A stretch of 64,000 bases of DNA, from assembly GCF_963921235.1 (NCBI RefSeq), contig NC_086108.1, forward strand, positions 51,648,001 to 51,712,000. The letters are read 5' to 3'. Source of the stretch: Mobula hypostoma. Taxonomy: Eukaryota. Both the position numbers and the translations under genes were made by a program. A model generated the notes under the pieces. It made no database searches. It had not been told where the DNA came from and was given only the letters and a program-made list of their open reading frames with translations. Position 1 is the first letter of the stretch. Each line of letters starts with the position of its first letter. This document shows positions 10,780 to 24,360 of this stretch, one piece after another.

Positions 10780-13430
10780 ACTCTGCTTCATAGAAACATG
10801 GCTCTATATGCTATTTCAGACACAGTGCTACAGCCCAATGACTTTATCGTTCTCTGTAATGCAGGTATAGGAAGTGGAGTGTGTTTTAAAATAGAAGAAG
10901 TGGAGTTTGCTTTATGATTAACTCATCATGATGCTGTCTCAGACCTGCTCACTCAACCTGGAACATCTAGCAGTCACATTTCGTCATTTTTATTTGTCAA
11001 GGAAGTTTTCTGCCATCGTTCTGGTACATTCCACCTCAGGCCAACATCAGGCAGCCATTGGAGGAGTTGAACACTGTGATCAGCCTTCACAAAAACAGTA
11101 CCTCCTGATGCCTTCCCTATCATTGCAAGGGATTTCAACCAGGCCAACTTGAAGTCTCTCAACAACTACCAGCAACATATCACCTGTGGAACCAAAGGAG
11201 CCAACACACTTTACCACTGCTATACCACGATCAAAAATGCTTACTGTGCCATCCCATGCCCAAACTTTGGAAAGTTGAATCACCTGGCTGTACCACTATT
11301 CCTGACGTGTAGGCAGAGACTAAAGACGGTAGCAGCAGTGGTGACGACCAAGAAGGTATGGTCAAGGGAAGTGAAGGAGCACCTACAGGATTGTTTTGAG
11401 TTGATGGACAATATTCGGGGACTCAGCCTTGAATCTGAATGAATATTCCACAGTTGTTACAGATTTCATCAGTACCTGTGTAGATGAATGTGTGCCTTTG
11501 AGAACATACCCGACATACCCAAAACAAAAACCTGGATGAACCAGGAGCTTCAGAGTCTGCTGAGGGCTAGATCTATGGCATTCAAGACCAGTAATCCAGA
11601 ACTATACAAGAATTCCAGGTACAACCTACAGAAAGGCATTTCAAGAGCAAAAAAACAATTCTGATTGAAGTCAGAGATGGAATCGGATGCAAGTCAGCTC
11701 TGACAGTTTCTTCAGGCCATTACTTCCTACAGTGTGAAACCCAACATCATGAATGGCTGTGATGATCACACCCTGATGAGCTCAATGCCTTTTATGCCCT
11801 CTTGTAAAGGGAGAATAAAACTACACCTGCACAAATCCCTGCAGCATCTGGTACCCTTGCAATCTCTGTCTTGAAGGCCAACATTAGAACATCTTTTAAG
11901 AGGGTGAACCCTCACAAGGTGTCAGGCCCTGCTGGTGTACCTGGTAAAGCATTGAAAACCTGTACCAACCAACTGGCAGGTGTGTTCAAGGACATCTTCA
12001 ATCTCTCATAGCTGTAGCCGGAGGTTCCCACCCGTTTTTAAAGGGTGACAATATACCAGTGCCCAGGAAGAGCAGGGTGAGCAGCCTCAATGACTATCAC
12101 CCAGTGGCACTTTCACCTGTTGTGAAGAAGTGCTTTGAGAGGTTGGTCATGGCCGGAATCAACTCCTGCCTAAGTAAGGACTTGGATCTGCTGCAATTTG
12201 CCCATCACCACAATAGGTTTACAGCAAATGCAATCTCACTGGTTCTCCACTCAACCTTGGATTACCTGGACATTCACAGTACCTATATCAGGCTGCTGCT
12301 TGTTGATTACAGTTCAGCGTTCAACATAATCATACCCTCTGTTCCTGATCAGCAAGCTCCAAAACCTGGGCCTCTGTACCTCCCTCTGCAATTGGATCAT
12401 TGACTTCCTCACTGGGAGACCACAGTCAGTGTGGATCGGGAATAACATCCCCTCACTGACAATCAAACTTGGCGCACCTCAAGGATGCGTGGCTTAGCCC
12501 AGTATTCTGCTCTTTCAACACCCACGTCCATGTGGCTAGGCACAGCTCAATAAATTTGCCAATGACACAACTATTGTTGGCAAAATTTCAGAGGGTGACA
12601 AGGAGGTATACAGGAGTGAGATAGATCAGTTGGCTGAGTGGTATCGTAAACAACAACCTTCCACTCAACATCAGTAAGACCAAGGAACGATTGTGGACTT
12701 CAGGAAGGGGACATCAAGGAAATACACAGCAGTCCTCATCGAGGGATCTGCAGTGAAAAGGGTCAGCAGCTTCAAGATCCTGGTTGTCAACATCTCAGAA
12801 GATCTAGCCTGGATCCAACATATTTATGTAATTCCAAATAAGGCATGACAGTGGCTATGTTTCATTAGGAGATTTAGTATGCCACCAAAGACGCTCACAA
12901 ATTTCTTCCGATGTACCGTGTAGAACATCCTAACTGGTTGCATCACCATCTGGTATGGAGGGACCATTGTACAGGGTCAGAAAAAGCTGCAAAAATTAAA
13001 CTCAGCCAGCTCCATCGTAGGCACAAGCCTCCTCGGCATTGAGGACACCTTCAAAAGGTGATGCCTCAGGAGGGCAGCATCCATCATTAAGGACCCCATC
13101 ACCCTGGAGGAGAAGAATTTCAGAGTTATATACTTGGATAATAGGTGAACCTTTGACCCAGGACATGCTTGCTACTCATCAAGGAGGAGGTACTGTAGCC
13201 TGAAGACACAAACTCAATTTTAAGGAACAAGTTCTTCCCCTCTGCCATCAGGTTTCTGAGTGGACAATGATGAACCTATGGATGCCATGAGATGATTTTT
13301 GCACTATATATTTAATTTTTAATATATATTCTGATTGTAATTTATAGTTTTTTATTATTATCTATTGCATTGAACTGCTGCTGCAAAACAACAAATTTCA
13401 TGGCATATGCCAGTGATATTAAACCTGAAA
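10780..13430 (+). mobile_element. Rex1/Babar-like LINE, decayed APE plus RT
   Basis: DFNQANL; SSLNDYHPVAL...KCFERLV; LLLVDYSSAFN; 3' end ...gccagtgatattaaacctga. Confidence 0.85.
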
Positions 13431-13899
13431 AAAAATGAGATGATAATCTTTGACAGATGATCATACTCTTTAATCAGCTAAATATATAACATCAAACTGA
13501 ACTGAACTTGCAAATGGGTAATCACTCCCATGATATTCCTCTTATTGATACATTTATGCTTTGTTTTGTCTTGACTTCCTTTGATTTTCTCTCTTTCTCC
13601 CGAATTCTCATAAATTTATTCTTTGTTTATAAAGCAGCCAGTATGCCAAATGTTTCAATGGAAACAGCATTTTACTGGCAGTATGCTATTTTTGTTGGAA
13701 ATAATGTTGTTCCATGGTGCCTATGTATATATTCGTAATAAAGCTTACTTCCTGCTTCCAACTCCAAGTGTAGTGGGAAATGTTCAGAAACAGTTATAGG
13801 TATGGAGGCTAATAAAGTCTATCAAATCCAATTTACGTGCCTCTTCTGCTAATTGACCTTTAGTTTTACCACACATGCTTTGGATTATAATGTAATAAG

Positions 13900-14870
13900 G
13901 ACAGAAAATGCTTGAAACACTCATCATATTAGGCAGCATCTGTGTAAAGTGAAAAAGAAAACAATTCAGGTCAAAGACCCTGCCTCAGAACCCTTCTCTC
14001 TGGTACAGTGGCAAGGCTAGTAGTGTTGCAGCCTCACAGTTCCAATGACCTTGGTTAAATCTTGATCCGCAGTACTATTTTAGTAAGATTTCCATGTTCT
14101 CCCTGTGATCTCATGCAGACATCACAAAATCTTGTGGGTCAGTAGCTTAACTGGCCACTGTAAATTGTCCTTAGTATGTGGACAAGTGGCAAAGTTTGCA
14201 AACACAAATACAAAAAAATGGTGTTAGGACAGTATTAAATGGGTGTTTAATAATTGACGCAGTAGGAAAAATGGCATGCCTCTATGTTGCATCTCACTAT
14301 AAGGGGAAGGGAGAGAAGGCAAGTTAGCTTCAAGTTGCAGAGAAGGTGGAAGAGGGATGAAGAGGACAAAGGAATATCTTGATAAGGTGAGGTCAGGGTT
14401 GTCATTATGTGAAAGTTTTGTAAGTTATCTGGTCATGGGGCAGTTAGAGAGAGGAAAAAGCTTGAACCAAAAGCTGGAGAAGAGGGAAGCTGATAGGTTG
14501 GAAAAAAACCAGAAAAATGAAAAGATGGAAAATTCAAGTCTATCAGATGTTCTCAGCATGCCAGGGTGTGTTATAGAGAGGGAGAGAATCTCAGCCAATA
14601 TCACATTTGGATAACTTATAACAGAAATGACCCATTCAGATAAATAGATAAATTATGAAATTTTACATTTTGAGTTTATCCAGAAGACTGCAATGTGCCC
14701 ACGTGGAATGTGAGGTGCTATTGCGTAGGGGGCCATATAGTTATGCCAGTGGAGAAGGTATTAAACTAATTAGCAACAGGGAGCTCCAAATCCTGTGGGC
14801 TGTGGACAAGAGAGAGAGAGGCAGTGGGTGGAGGGAGGGAAGAAAGGAATGGGGGTGAGGTAGAAGAGAT
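13900..14870 (-). mobile_element. Old Penelope terminal fragment interrupted by the SINE
   Basis: aatgcttgaaacactca...ggcagcatctg terminus followed by purine-rich Penelope 3' region. Confidence 0.45.
14003..14295 (+). mobile_element. HE1/V-SINE-like SINE
   Basis: tRNA-like head, catgttctccctgtg core, CR1-like tail. Confidence 0.6.
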
Positions 14871-14939
14871 AAATGGAAAGAGAGGAAAGGAAAAAACATT
14901 GCAGCTTAGTTCTAAATTTACAACAGGGGAAAATAGTTT

Positions 14940-15618
14940 TAAGATGAGACCATGAAATAGTTAGTCCTGGGGTCGATCCCAAAGATTGAAGACCAAAGTC
15001 GGTAAGTTTTGAAGTTGAGGCCCGATGGTTGAAGCCCCTGGGTTGGCATGTCCAGGCTTTGGAGTCTCAATGTCTGTGAGTCCAGGCCAGGGATGACCCT
15101 CCCAAGATGTCGAGTACCAGTGTCCAAGATCCATGTCTGGAGTGGGGTCAGAGTCTGGAGTTCAAAGTCCCAGGTGAGTCCTGGGGTCGTTGCCAAAACA
15201 TCGAAGCCCAAAGGCTTCAAATCAGTGAGTCCATAAGTGGAATTCCAATGATTGAAGCCCCTGGGTTGGCAAATCCAGAAGTCAGAAGATCAACGTTTGT
15301 AAGACCAAGCCAGGAACCGGAGACTGGAGACCTGGAGGCAATATGTCCTGTGGATAGAGGCCAGTCTTATGTGTGTGAGAAGGACAAAAGTGGTTTGCCT
15401 TGCTGTTGTTGTTTTGTCTTGTTGCAAATGTGTGTTATCGTTGCTGCTTGAGCAACTCTGCTGACCGATGTGAGCGTGCTATGTTGGGGATGGTGATAGT
15501 TGTGAGCTGCAGTCAGCACATCCTTTGGAGGTGTTGGTTGTTAACACAAAAAGACACATTTCACTGTATGTTTCAATGTACATGTGATAAATAAATGAAT
15601 CTGAATCTGAATCTGAAT
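14940..15618 (+). mobile_element. Non-autonomous retroelement with (tctgaa)n tail
   Basis: 3' end catttcactgtatgtttcaatgtacatgtgataaataaa followed by (tctgaa)3; this tail is shared with 52860-52930 (minus). Confidence 0.5.
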
Positions 15619-15989
15619 TATTCTTCCCAACAACATCATGTTGTGAATTATTTGTTGTTCTTTAACAACATTAACTGTAATAATGTTCTGAATATTTATA
15701 CTAAACAAAATGTCTACACTAATAATTATCACTTTTAAACACTAATTAAAGCAGCAACAGTGAGTTGAATATTGTTTATTTTATTTTTCAATAAAAATCA
15801 TTCCTCAAACGTTTTAGAAAGGCAAAATTCTAATCAAGTCAAGTTATGATCTTTAGCTCAGCTGGCTTCAATATTCTCAATAGTAAAGGACACAATTGTC
15901 CTTCAAGGTTTTACTTGAAAGGAAATGTGTAAGGCAGTAGTTGTAGGTTGGAGAACTTAAAAACAGGAATAAGAAAAGGCCAGCAAAAC

Positions 15990-18300
15990 CTCATTTAATC
16001 TATTATTCTTTGAAATCATAGCCATTCTAACTTTGGCATCCACATTACTCTACTATTCATTCTTCAGACTCCTTGGCTTTCCTGTAATTCAAACTTCTGT
16101 CAATTTCCACCTTGAATATAATGGAAAGCCTTCACAACTCTGGAGTGCAGAGTTTCAAATTGTTATGTCTCTGATTGAAGAAATTCTTCTTGTGTCCTTC
16201 TGAAATTAGTGTACAGTATCTTTATTCTGAAACCACCCCCACCAGGGGAAACATCTTCTCTGCATCCACCCTGTAAACCCTCTCAGAAACTTATTTCTAT
16301 CAATAAGATTCTTTTATTCTTCTATATCCCTCTAAGTATTCACTCAACTTTTCTTTATTTTAGAATTAAACTTGTGAACCTTTTCTGCACTACCTCCAAA
16401 GCAAGCAAATGACTCCTCAAATTCGGGAAACAAAATTGTATGATCTCAATATCAACATGCAAAATTGTATGTGAAAAATGTTATAAATAAAGTTCTCTAG
16501 TTTTGACAAAAAGTTGCAGACATGAACTGTTGATTGTTATTCTTTCCACAGATGCTGCCTGATTTGCTGAGTTTTTTCCAGTATTATTTCAAACATCTGA
16601 AGTTTTGTTCATTTTTATTCCTTGATGTTACATTTGAAAGTGTTTTCAATAAATGCAATATTCCATTATTAACTCTAATTAGTTCATGTACCTGCAAAGT
16701 AACTTTGTGTTTCACATACAAGAATTGCCAGGTTTCCTTTTACTGACATTCTGTAGCTTTACTTAACTTAAATACAATTTGTTGTTTCATTCTTCCTCCA
16801 AAAAGTGGATAACCTCACATTTTGTTCCATCGCCCAGTCCCTAATCTATTTTAAGTACCCTTGCTGGTTCCTTGTGCCGTCCTCGTAATTTATTAACCTA
16901 TCTATTCCATATCATTAGTAAATTTGCCTAGAGTACACTTGGTACCTTCATTCAAGTCATGAATTGTAAATAGCCAAGATTCCATCACTGATCCCTGTGG
17001 CATCTCTAGCAAGTCGTTGTCAATATATAAATGACCCATTTATTCCAATGTTCTGTTTTCTGTCAGTTAGGCAATCCTCAATCCCTGAATTACATCCAAC
17101 CCTTATTTTGTGTGATACCCTTTTAAATAGCATCTTATTGAATATCTACTGTAAATTCAGCTGGTTCCCCTTAATCCATTATGCTCATTACATCTTAATA
17201 AAAACTTTAGCAAATTTGCCAGACACAGTTTACCTTTCATAAACCTTGTTGACTATGATTGATTCTCTTCTGATTTTCTAAATCCTATGCTGTTACTTCC
17301 TTAATAATGGATTCAACATTTTCTCAATATCAGCTGTTAGGCTAATTGGTCTATAACTTCTTGCTTTCTGACTCCCTCCTTTCTTGAATAAGGGTGGTAC
17401 ATTTTGAATTTTCCAGCCTGCTGGGAACTTTGCTGAACCCAGGAAAATAGCTTATTACAGTTTCCACTTTTCCTGTAGCAACAGCCTAGGATGTAGGTCA
17501 TCAGGTCAGGGGCACTAGTCAGCCTTCATTCCCCAGAATTTGCCTGGAAATTTATTCTGGCAATAGTTTTAAATTCCTCTCTATTGCCTCTTAATGATCT
17601 ATTATTATTGGGACGTTATCACTGTCTACTGCTGTAAAGATTGATCCAAAATAATTATTCAGAATCTCTGCCATTTCTTCATTTTTCCATTATTGAATTC
17701 CCACTCTCATCCTCTGGGCAGCCAATATTTATTCTGTCAATTTTTATTAAATATAGCTGTAGAAGCTCTTAATGTTTTACTTGGTAGCTTACTATCCTCT
17801 CTGTGAATTTAATTAATAATTTTATGGTGAATTCCAAAAGTTTCCCAATCCTGTGACCTCTAAGTGTTCTTCATCACCCTTTCTTCAAGTTGATACAATC
17901 TTTAATTTCCTTAGTTAATTGTGGATGATTTATTCTTCTTGTTGAGTCTTTTTCCTCAATGAAATATACCTTTGCTGAAATTTATGAAATATTTACTTGG
18001 GTATCTGCCACTCCCGATCTACTGCTTTACAATTTAACCTGTTTTCCCCCTGTTTTCCCAGTGCACTTTTGTCTTCATACCATTGTAATTGTCTTTATTT
18101 AAATTTAGTGCTCTAATTTCAGATACAAGATTCGTGTCATTAAACAGAATTTGAAAATCTATATTTTAATCACTGTATCTTCAGGGATTTTTCACTATGA
18201 AATTAATAGTTTATTCTACCAAAAGGGCTTGTGCTCTCATTTACACAATGTTTTACGAATTTGTCATCAGGGCTACCTTGTCAATTTGTCAATCTACATG
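15990..18300 (-). mobile_element. Ancient CR1 LINE fragments
   Basis: Antisense CR1 ORF2 remnants, heavily decayed; short Penelope terminal piece at ~16500-16600. Confidence 0.55.
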
Positions 18301-19720
18301 ATTATAATTTATTTATCTCTAAGTAAATAAAATAATTTGCCTTGAGAATTATTGTGTGCTTTCACATTAAAGAAATGCAAACAATAGCTGACTCACAGTG
18401 CTCTTTCTTAAGAATAGGTATAAGCTTTGGGACTTGGAAGTATCCTTCTAGCCATTACAATCCGTGGGTTGATATTGGTTTACATTTGCAGTTATAACAA
18501 ATGATAGTGAGGATCTGGTTTTACAATCACTGCACCTCTAACTGTCTGGTTTCTGCATTTTAGACCAGAGCCTAAACCATCATTGAAATTTTTTAAAAGA
18601 AAACTGGGACATAAAATCACTCTCCAGGAACAGGAATATTTTTTTAATGGACAAGAAATGTGCTTTTCATATCCTAACCTAAAACCTGGCAGCTTCATTT
18701 TTTCGATAAACAAAACTGAACGAATAAAGGTCATCTAACAAATTGCTAGTGGTTAAATCACAGCATTAGCCGCTCAGTCCTAACAAGTCAGCCTCAGGCA
18801 TAACGCTCTTTTAAACAATAGTTAATTTTTTAAGAGATTACCTCATTTCATTGGATCTTAGACCAGTAGTTTGGGCGAAACATAAACACTCTTATGTCAG
18901 CCTGTCAAGACAGATCATTTTATAATTTAGTGGAGAACAACAGCTCAAGGTTTCACATCAGTTGACTTATGATTACTGTGTTATTATATTTATTCAATGG
19001 TTCTGTATTGACATATATAGCATGATGCATAGATAATTATGAATATGAATTAATTTAGATCAGCTGTTCATGAAAGCATTTCATTTGGCAGTAATTGCAA
19101 TGTAGTAAATATTTGGCATTCCAGTTTAAAGTGAACTTTGAGTCTGATTAAGCTGTTATATTTCTGCTAGTTTTAACAACAAACATTAGTAATAGGAAAA
19201 CTTTAAAGTGGTGGCCAATTATAAAAAGCACAAACTTAGTTCAAACAGTAAAACAGCATTTTTATGTGGGAAATATTAATGAACTGCTAATAAACTGTTG
19301 GACTACATAAAAGAAGAAAGTTCTGAGTTCACACTATACTCACTCAGTGTGTTAAGTAATGTAATTGCTGTCAATGCCATGCCAAAACTGACCTCAAGTG
19401 CCATGGACCTGCCAGCCTTATCAACAGGGCTCAATAGGAAGTGCATAGTCAACAGGAAAGTCAAGCTCAGCAGTGGCAACTTCCCAACATGAACAATTAA
19501 AACTTATTGAAAAAATGGCACTTAAACATGATACTGTGTATAATCACATAAGTATTACTCACAAGGAGTGGAACTTCAGAACGTGAAGCACTGTACTCTT
19601 AAATTGTGGTTTTTATTGTTATTTATTTTTACTTAATGACTTCAGTGCAGTTGGAAGTTCCTGTGTGTTTGAGGAAGTGAAAATTTCTGGGAATAAATGT
19701 AAGATTTATTATTGCTTTGG

Positions 19721-19905
19721 TCATATGGTGAAACTGTCACAGAAGACAAATTTCGGCTCATCTGGGCATATTTCCACAATAGTTTCCAACCGATTATCAA
19801 GGTAATGAGAGAAATCACTCCTACTGCTTACTTCTCCAGAAACATACAGCTCTCGATCACCAGAACAGACTGACAGAGAGGTGGCATTTGACTGTTCTAC
19901 CAAAT
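19721..19905 (-). CDS. Candidate terminal coding exon of an unidentified gene
   Basis: Acceptor ttcctttcatctcag| at 19906; open frame LVEQSN...LETIVEICPDEPKFVFCDSFTI*; AATAAA 11-16 nt after the stop (19705-19710). No homolog recognised. Confidence 0.4.
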
Positions 19906-22676
19906 CTGAGATGAAAGGAAATGCCCTAAATATTCAATCATAATGGGAAAATGAAATGCTTATTTGAGACCATACATTATATCCAAATACAGCATCCCAA
20001 GCCCTACCTTTTCCAATAGACTTTTCTTTAATAAGGGAAGACTTCCGGGTTTCACAGACACAACTACCATTGTGGGCCGAAGGGCCTGTACTGTGCTGTA
20101 CTGTTCTATTCTATCATCTTAAGAGTTAAATTTTAATTAGGAACTGTGGTCTCATCTGTGGATTTTCAGAATCTATGTTCTTTATGATGTGGTACATTTC
20201 ATGGCTCCTCAAAGTCTCTCCTCTGCATATAATCTTCATTGGATCCATGGTAGAGTATTCATTTTTCACGTGATTGGAACCAGCTAGGAGATCCAGAATC
20301 ACAGAACTACAACATGGAAGGATGCACTTTGAGCTCTAAAGTGCATACTAGATCTATATCAGACAAACTGACAAGTCCCACCTCCCTATAGCTCTACAAA
20401 TTCTTTACTTTCAGGTGCTCATCCATGCTCTTTTGAGTGCTACAGTTGAATCTGCCCCTAATGTATTCCAGACCCAACCATTCATTCAGCAAAAATGCTT
20501 CTCATCATGTAACTATAACCATGGCTTTTATGATAAAAACCACAAGAGCCATTATATCATGGAAACATAATTATCGGCAAGTAACATACCTATCCAATTG
20601 GACATACTTTACCACTTTTTCATTATCAGTAAGTAAAAAAGAAGGAAATTCCAATGAAACACATGATGAGAACATCTCCACTGTAAAAACTGCTATGTGC
20701 AGGGGAGTCTATTGCTCCAGCTAATATGATTTGCATCCTTAGGACAGTGTATAACTTTTTTTGAAAAAACAACATACATTTAAGGAATTTTTCCACTGAT
20801 CACAGTGTTTTTACCTTTGGGCAGCTGAAACTATTTAGGACATGTGAATGAGGAGATATCTATCAATTAATTCAACAGTTATGTAAGTAAACGTGCTTCA
20901 AAATAAAATTCTAAAGTGATCCCTGTTAGAACAATTTTTGAGTTTAGCGCATTTACATATAGCAAATGTCTTTGGCAACCAGTCTTCACATCTGAATATG
21001 GATTGTGGATTTAATTTGGAGTGCATCTCTGAACAACGGGTTCCTAAAAGCAGTGAATCCTAGACCAGACAATGCTGATTAAAATTCATTTGGATGTCTC
21101 TGGTGGTGTGAACCGGGAGATGTAAAATTTGTGTGTCATTTCAAAGAAAGCAATGTCAATACTTCGTAAATATGGAATTGTCCTTCGACAGTTAGCTCGT
21201 AAAGTATCAAGCCCCACGTTGGGCCAGTCAGACCTTTCAGCCAAAAGCATCTCCATATGATGCTTGCTTTACATTGTTTTGCAAATTAAAAAGCTGCTTC
21301 ATATCTACCAGTACTTTTCTCTAGCGACCTCACTCATGCAACTACCCCCCCACTTAATTTATGAAATCATCCATGAACCCTAGTGTAGCAGTTTTTTTCC
21401 AACTACATTGCATTGTTTGTATGAAAAATAGTATTTTTTTAAACCATTCCTAAGTTTATGTTACTTGTCAAAGCATCCATTTCCTTGGTCTGTTGCCATG
21501 TTTTAAGTGAAAGTAGTCCTCAAGTGCTAAAACTGGTGATTCAGAGCTAATATTGGAATGTGATGCAGGGAAAGTGAAGTGAAATGACAGTGGGCCTGCA
21601 TTGTGCATAATATGTTATGATTCACTGAGCTTCTAATCAGAAGAAATTTATTTTGAAGTGGCGGTTTGTGCAAGGTGGTGTTTTGTCTAAAGAAAACATA
21701 ATATCCTTTTTAGTCTACCATACGAGTAATGCACACTAATGTACATCAGCAATGATATCTGTAATCATTTGCTGCAACTGACAGAACTTGAGCTCAGAGT
21801 CATTAAGACAGCTTAATTAATCCAGGAGGAAATCATATCTTTCAAAATCAAGAAGTGATCTGCATTTGGACAGTGCCTAGAATCACAAGTATATCATTCG
21901 AAGACAGTACAGTATAGCATGTACAGAAACTCAGCCAGTGGTGGAGAAACCTCAACCTTTGACCTCGCCCAACAGACTCAAGTTTTGACTGCTTGTGTAG
22001 AAGTGAATAAAGACTGTAGAAGACAGTCATCAGAATGCTAGAAATGCTGTAAGATATATTTCAATCCATTCTTGGAAGATCAAACAGCAATCCAATAACT
22101 AAAGAGGAATTCCTTTTGGTCACATTAAGAATTAATATTGAGATATTATCTTATTTCAGCCAAGGGACACTGAATATGCCATTCATTTCATGTGTATACC
22201 CAGACATTAATCCTCTGATTCTTTTTCTGAAGGAGAGCACCATTATTTTTCTTCAAGATTAAAGTGAATACTAAACTCAGTTTTCTGATGTTAGGATCAT
22301 CGTTATGGTTTTTCTCTCCAGTTTCTAAGGCTTTGAAGTGTCCACCCTACACCAACCCTACCTTTGTAGTAAAATTTTAACACAACCACAATATGCAGGC
22401 TGAAAAGAATATAAAATCCCAGCATGTTAAAATGAGGCTTGAATTCTACTAACTTAGTAATGTGGCTCAGAGTTAATTAAAAATGAAAGAGAAGCTGATA
22501 ATGCCATAAGATGGATTGGTCTGTTTCCTTTCTCGTTGCTCAAGTCTGTCCATCTCCCCGTTTTGGCAGAAAGAAACCCGAATAAAAAAGAATATTGCCC
22601 AAATAGACAAATGTAAACTCCAATATGAAAGTCAATATACACACAATCAGAATCTGGTTCCATATCTCACACAAGT

Positions 22677-24360
22677 CATAAGACCATAAGATATGGGAGC
22701 AGAATCAGGCCATTTGGCCCATTTTTCATCATGGCTGATCCAATTTTCCTCTCAGCCCCAATCTCTTTCCTTCTCCCCATATCCTGACCTTGCCTGACCA
22801 ATCAAGAATCTATCAACCAATGCCTTAAATATACATTAAGACTTGGTCACCACAGCTGCATGGGGAAATGAATTCCACAGATTCACCATTCTCTGGCTAA
22901 AGAAATTCCTCCTCATCTCCATTCTAAAAGGGCGCCCCTCTATTCTGAGGCTGTGTCCTCTGGTCTTAGACTCACCTATCATAGGAAACATCCTCTCCAC
23001 ATCCACTCTATCAAGGTCTTTCACCATGGAATAGGTTTCAATGATATCATCCCCCATCCTTCTGAATTCTAGTGAATACAGGCCCAAAGCCATCACTCTT
23101 CATATGGCAAGCCATTCAATCCTAGAATCATTTTTGTGAACCTCCTTTGAAGCTTCTCCAGTTTCAGCACATCCTTTCTAAGATAAGGGGCCCACAACTG
23201 CTCACAATACTCCAAGTGAGGCCTCACCAGTGCTTATTAAAGTCTCAACATTACATCCTTGCCTTTATATCCAAGTCCTCTTGAAATGAATGTTTACATC
23301 ACATTTGCCTTCCTCACCACAGAGTCAACCTGCAAATTAACCTGTAGGGAATCCTGCATAAGCATTCCCAAGTCCCTTTGTGCCTCTGTTTTTTGTATTT
23401 TCTTACCATTTAGAAAATAGTCAACCCTTTCATTTCTTCTGCCTCTGCTTTATTCATGCTAGCATCTTTCCTGTAATATCATGGGCTTGTAGCTTGTTAA
23501 GTAGCCTCCTATGTGGCACTTTGTCAAAGACCTTCTGAAAATCCAAGTACACATCAACCAATTCTCCTTTGTCTATCCTACTTGTTATTTCTTCAAAGAA
23601 TTCCAACAGTTTTGTCATGCAGAATTTTTACCTCGAAGAAACAATGCTGACTAAGGCCTACTTTATCATGTACCTCCAAGTACCCTGAGACCTCATCCTT
23701 AATAATCAACTGCAACATCTTCCCAACCACTGAGGTCAGAATAACTGGCCTACAGTTTCCTTTCTTCTGCCTCTCTCCCTTCTTGAAGCGTGCAGTGACA
23801 TTTGCAATTTTCCAGACATCCAGAACCATTCCATTATCTCGTGTTTCTTGAAAGATCATTACTAGTGCCTGCACAATCTCTTCAGCTATCTCTTTCAGAA
23901 CGCTAGGGTGTACATCATCTGCCTGAGGTGACTTATCTACTTCCAGATCTTTCAGTTTCTCAAGAACCTTCTCTCTAGTAATGGTAACTTCATACACGTC
24001 ATGATCCCTGACACCTGGAACTTCCAGCATACTGCTAGTGTCTTCCACATTGAAGACTGATGCAAAATTCTTATTCAGTTTGTCTGCCATTTCTTCGCCC
24101 CCCTTTACTACCTCTCCAGAATCATTTTCCAGCAGTCCGATATCCACCCTTACCTCTCTTTTACACTTTATGGGTCTGAAGAAACTTTTGGTTTCCTCTT
24201 TAATGATACTGGCTAGCTTCCTTTTGTATACCATTTTTATCCTCTTAATGACTTTTTAGTTGCCTTCCGTTGGGTTTTAAAAGCTTCCTATTTAAAAACT
24301 TTCCATTAATTTTTGCTCTATTATATGCCCTCTCTTGGCTTTTATGTAGGCTTTCATGTA
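22677..24360 (-). mobile_element. CR1 LINE, internally deleted
   Basis: ORF 23593-24234 (GNCRPVILTSVVGKML) and ORF 22836-23096 (LGLYSLEFRRM...NLWNS); 3' end near 22677. Confidence 0.88.

Noticed and set aside
19721..19760. C-terminal resemblance of DSFTI* to C5orf58
   Set aside because: Too short to support an assignment.
21130..21180. ISKKAMSIL resemblance to histone H2B
   Set aside because: Nine residues only; the flanks do not match and contain a stop.
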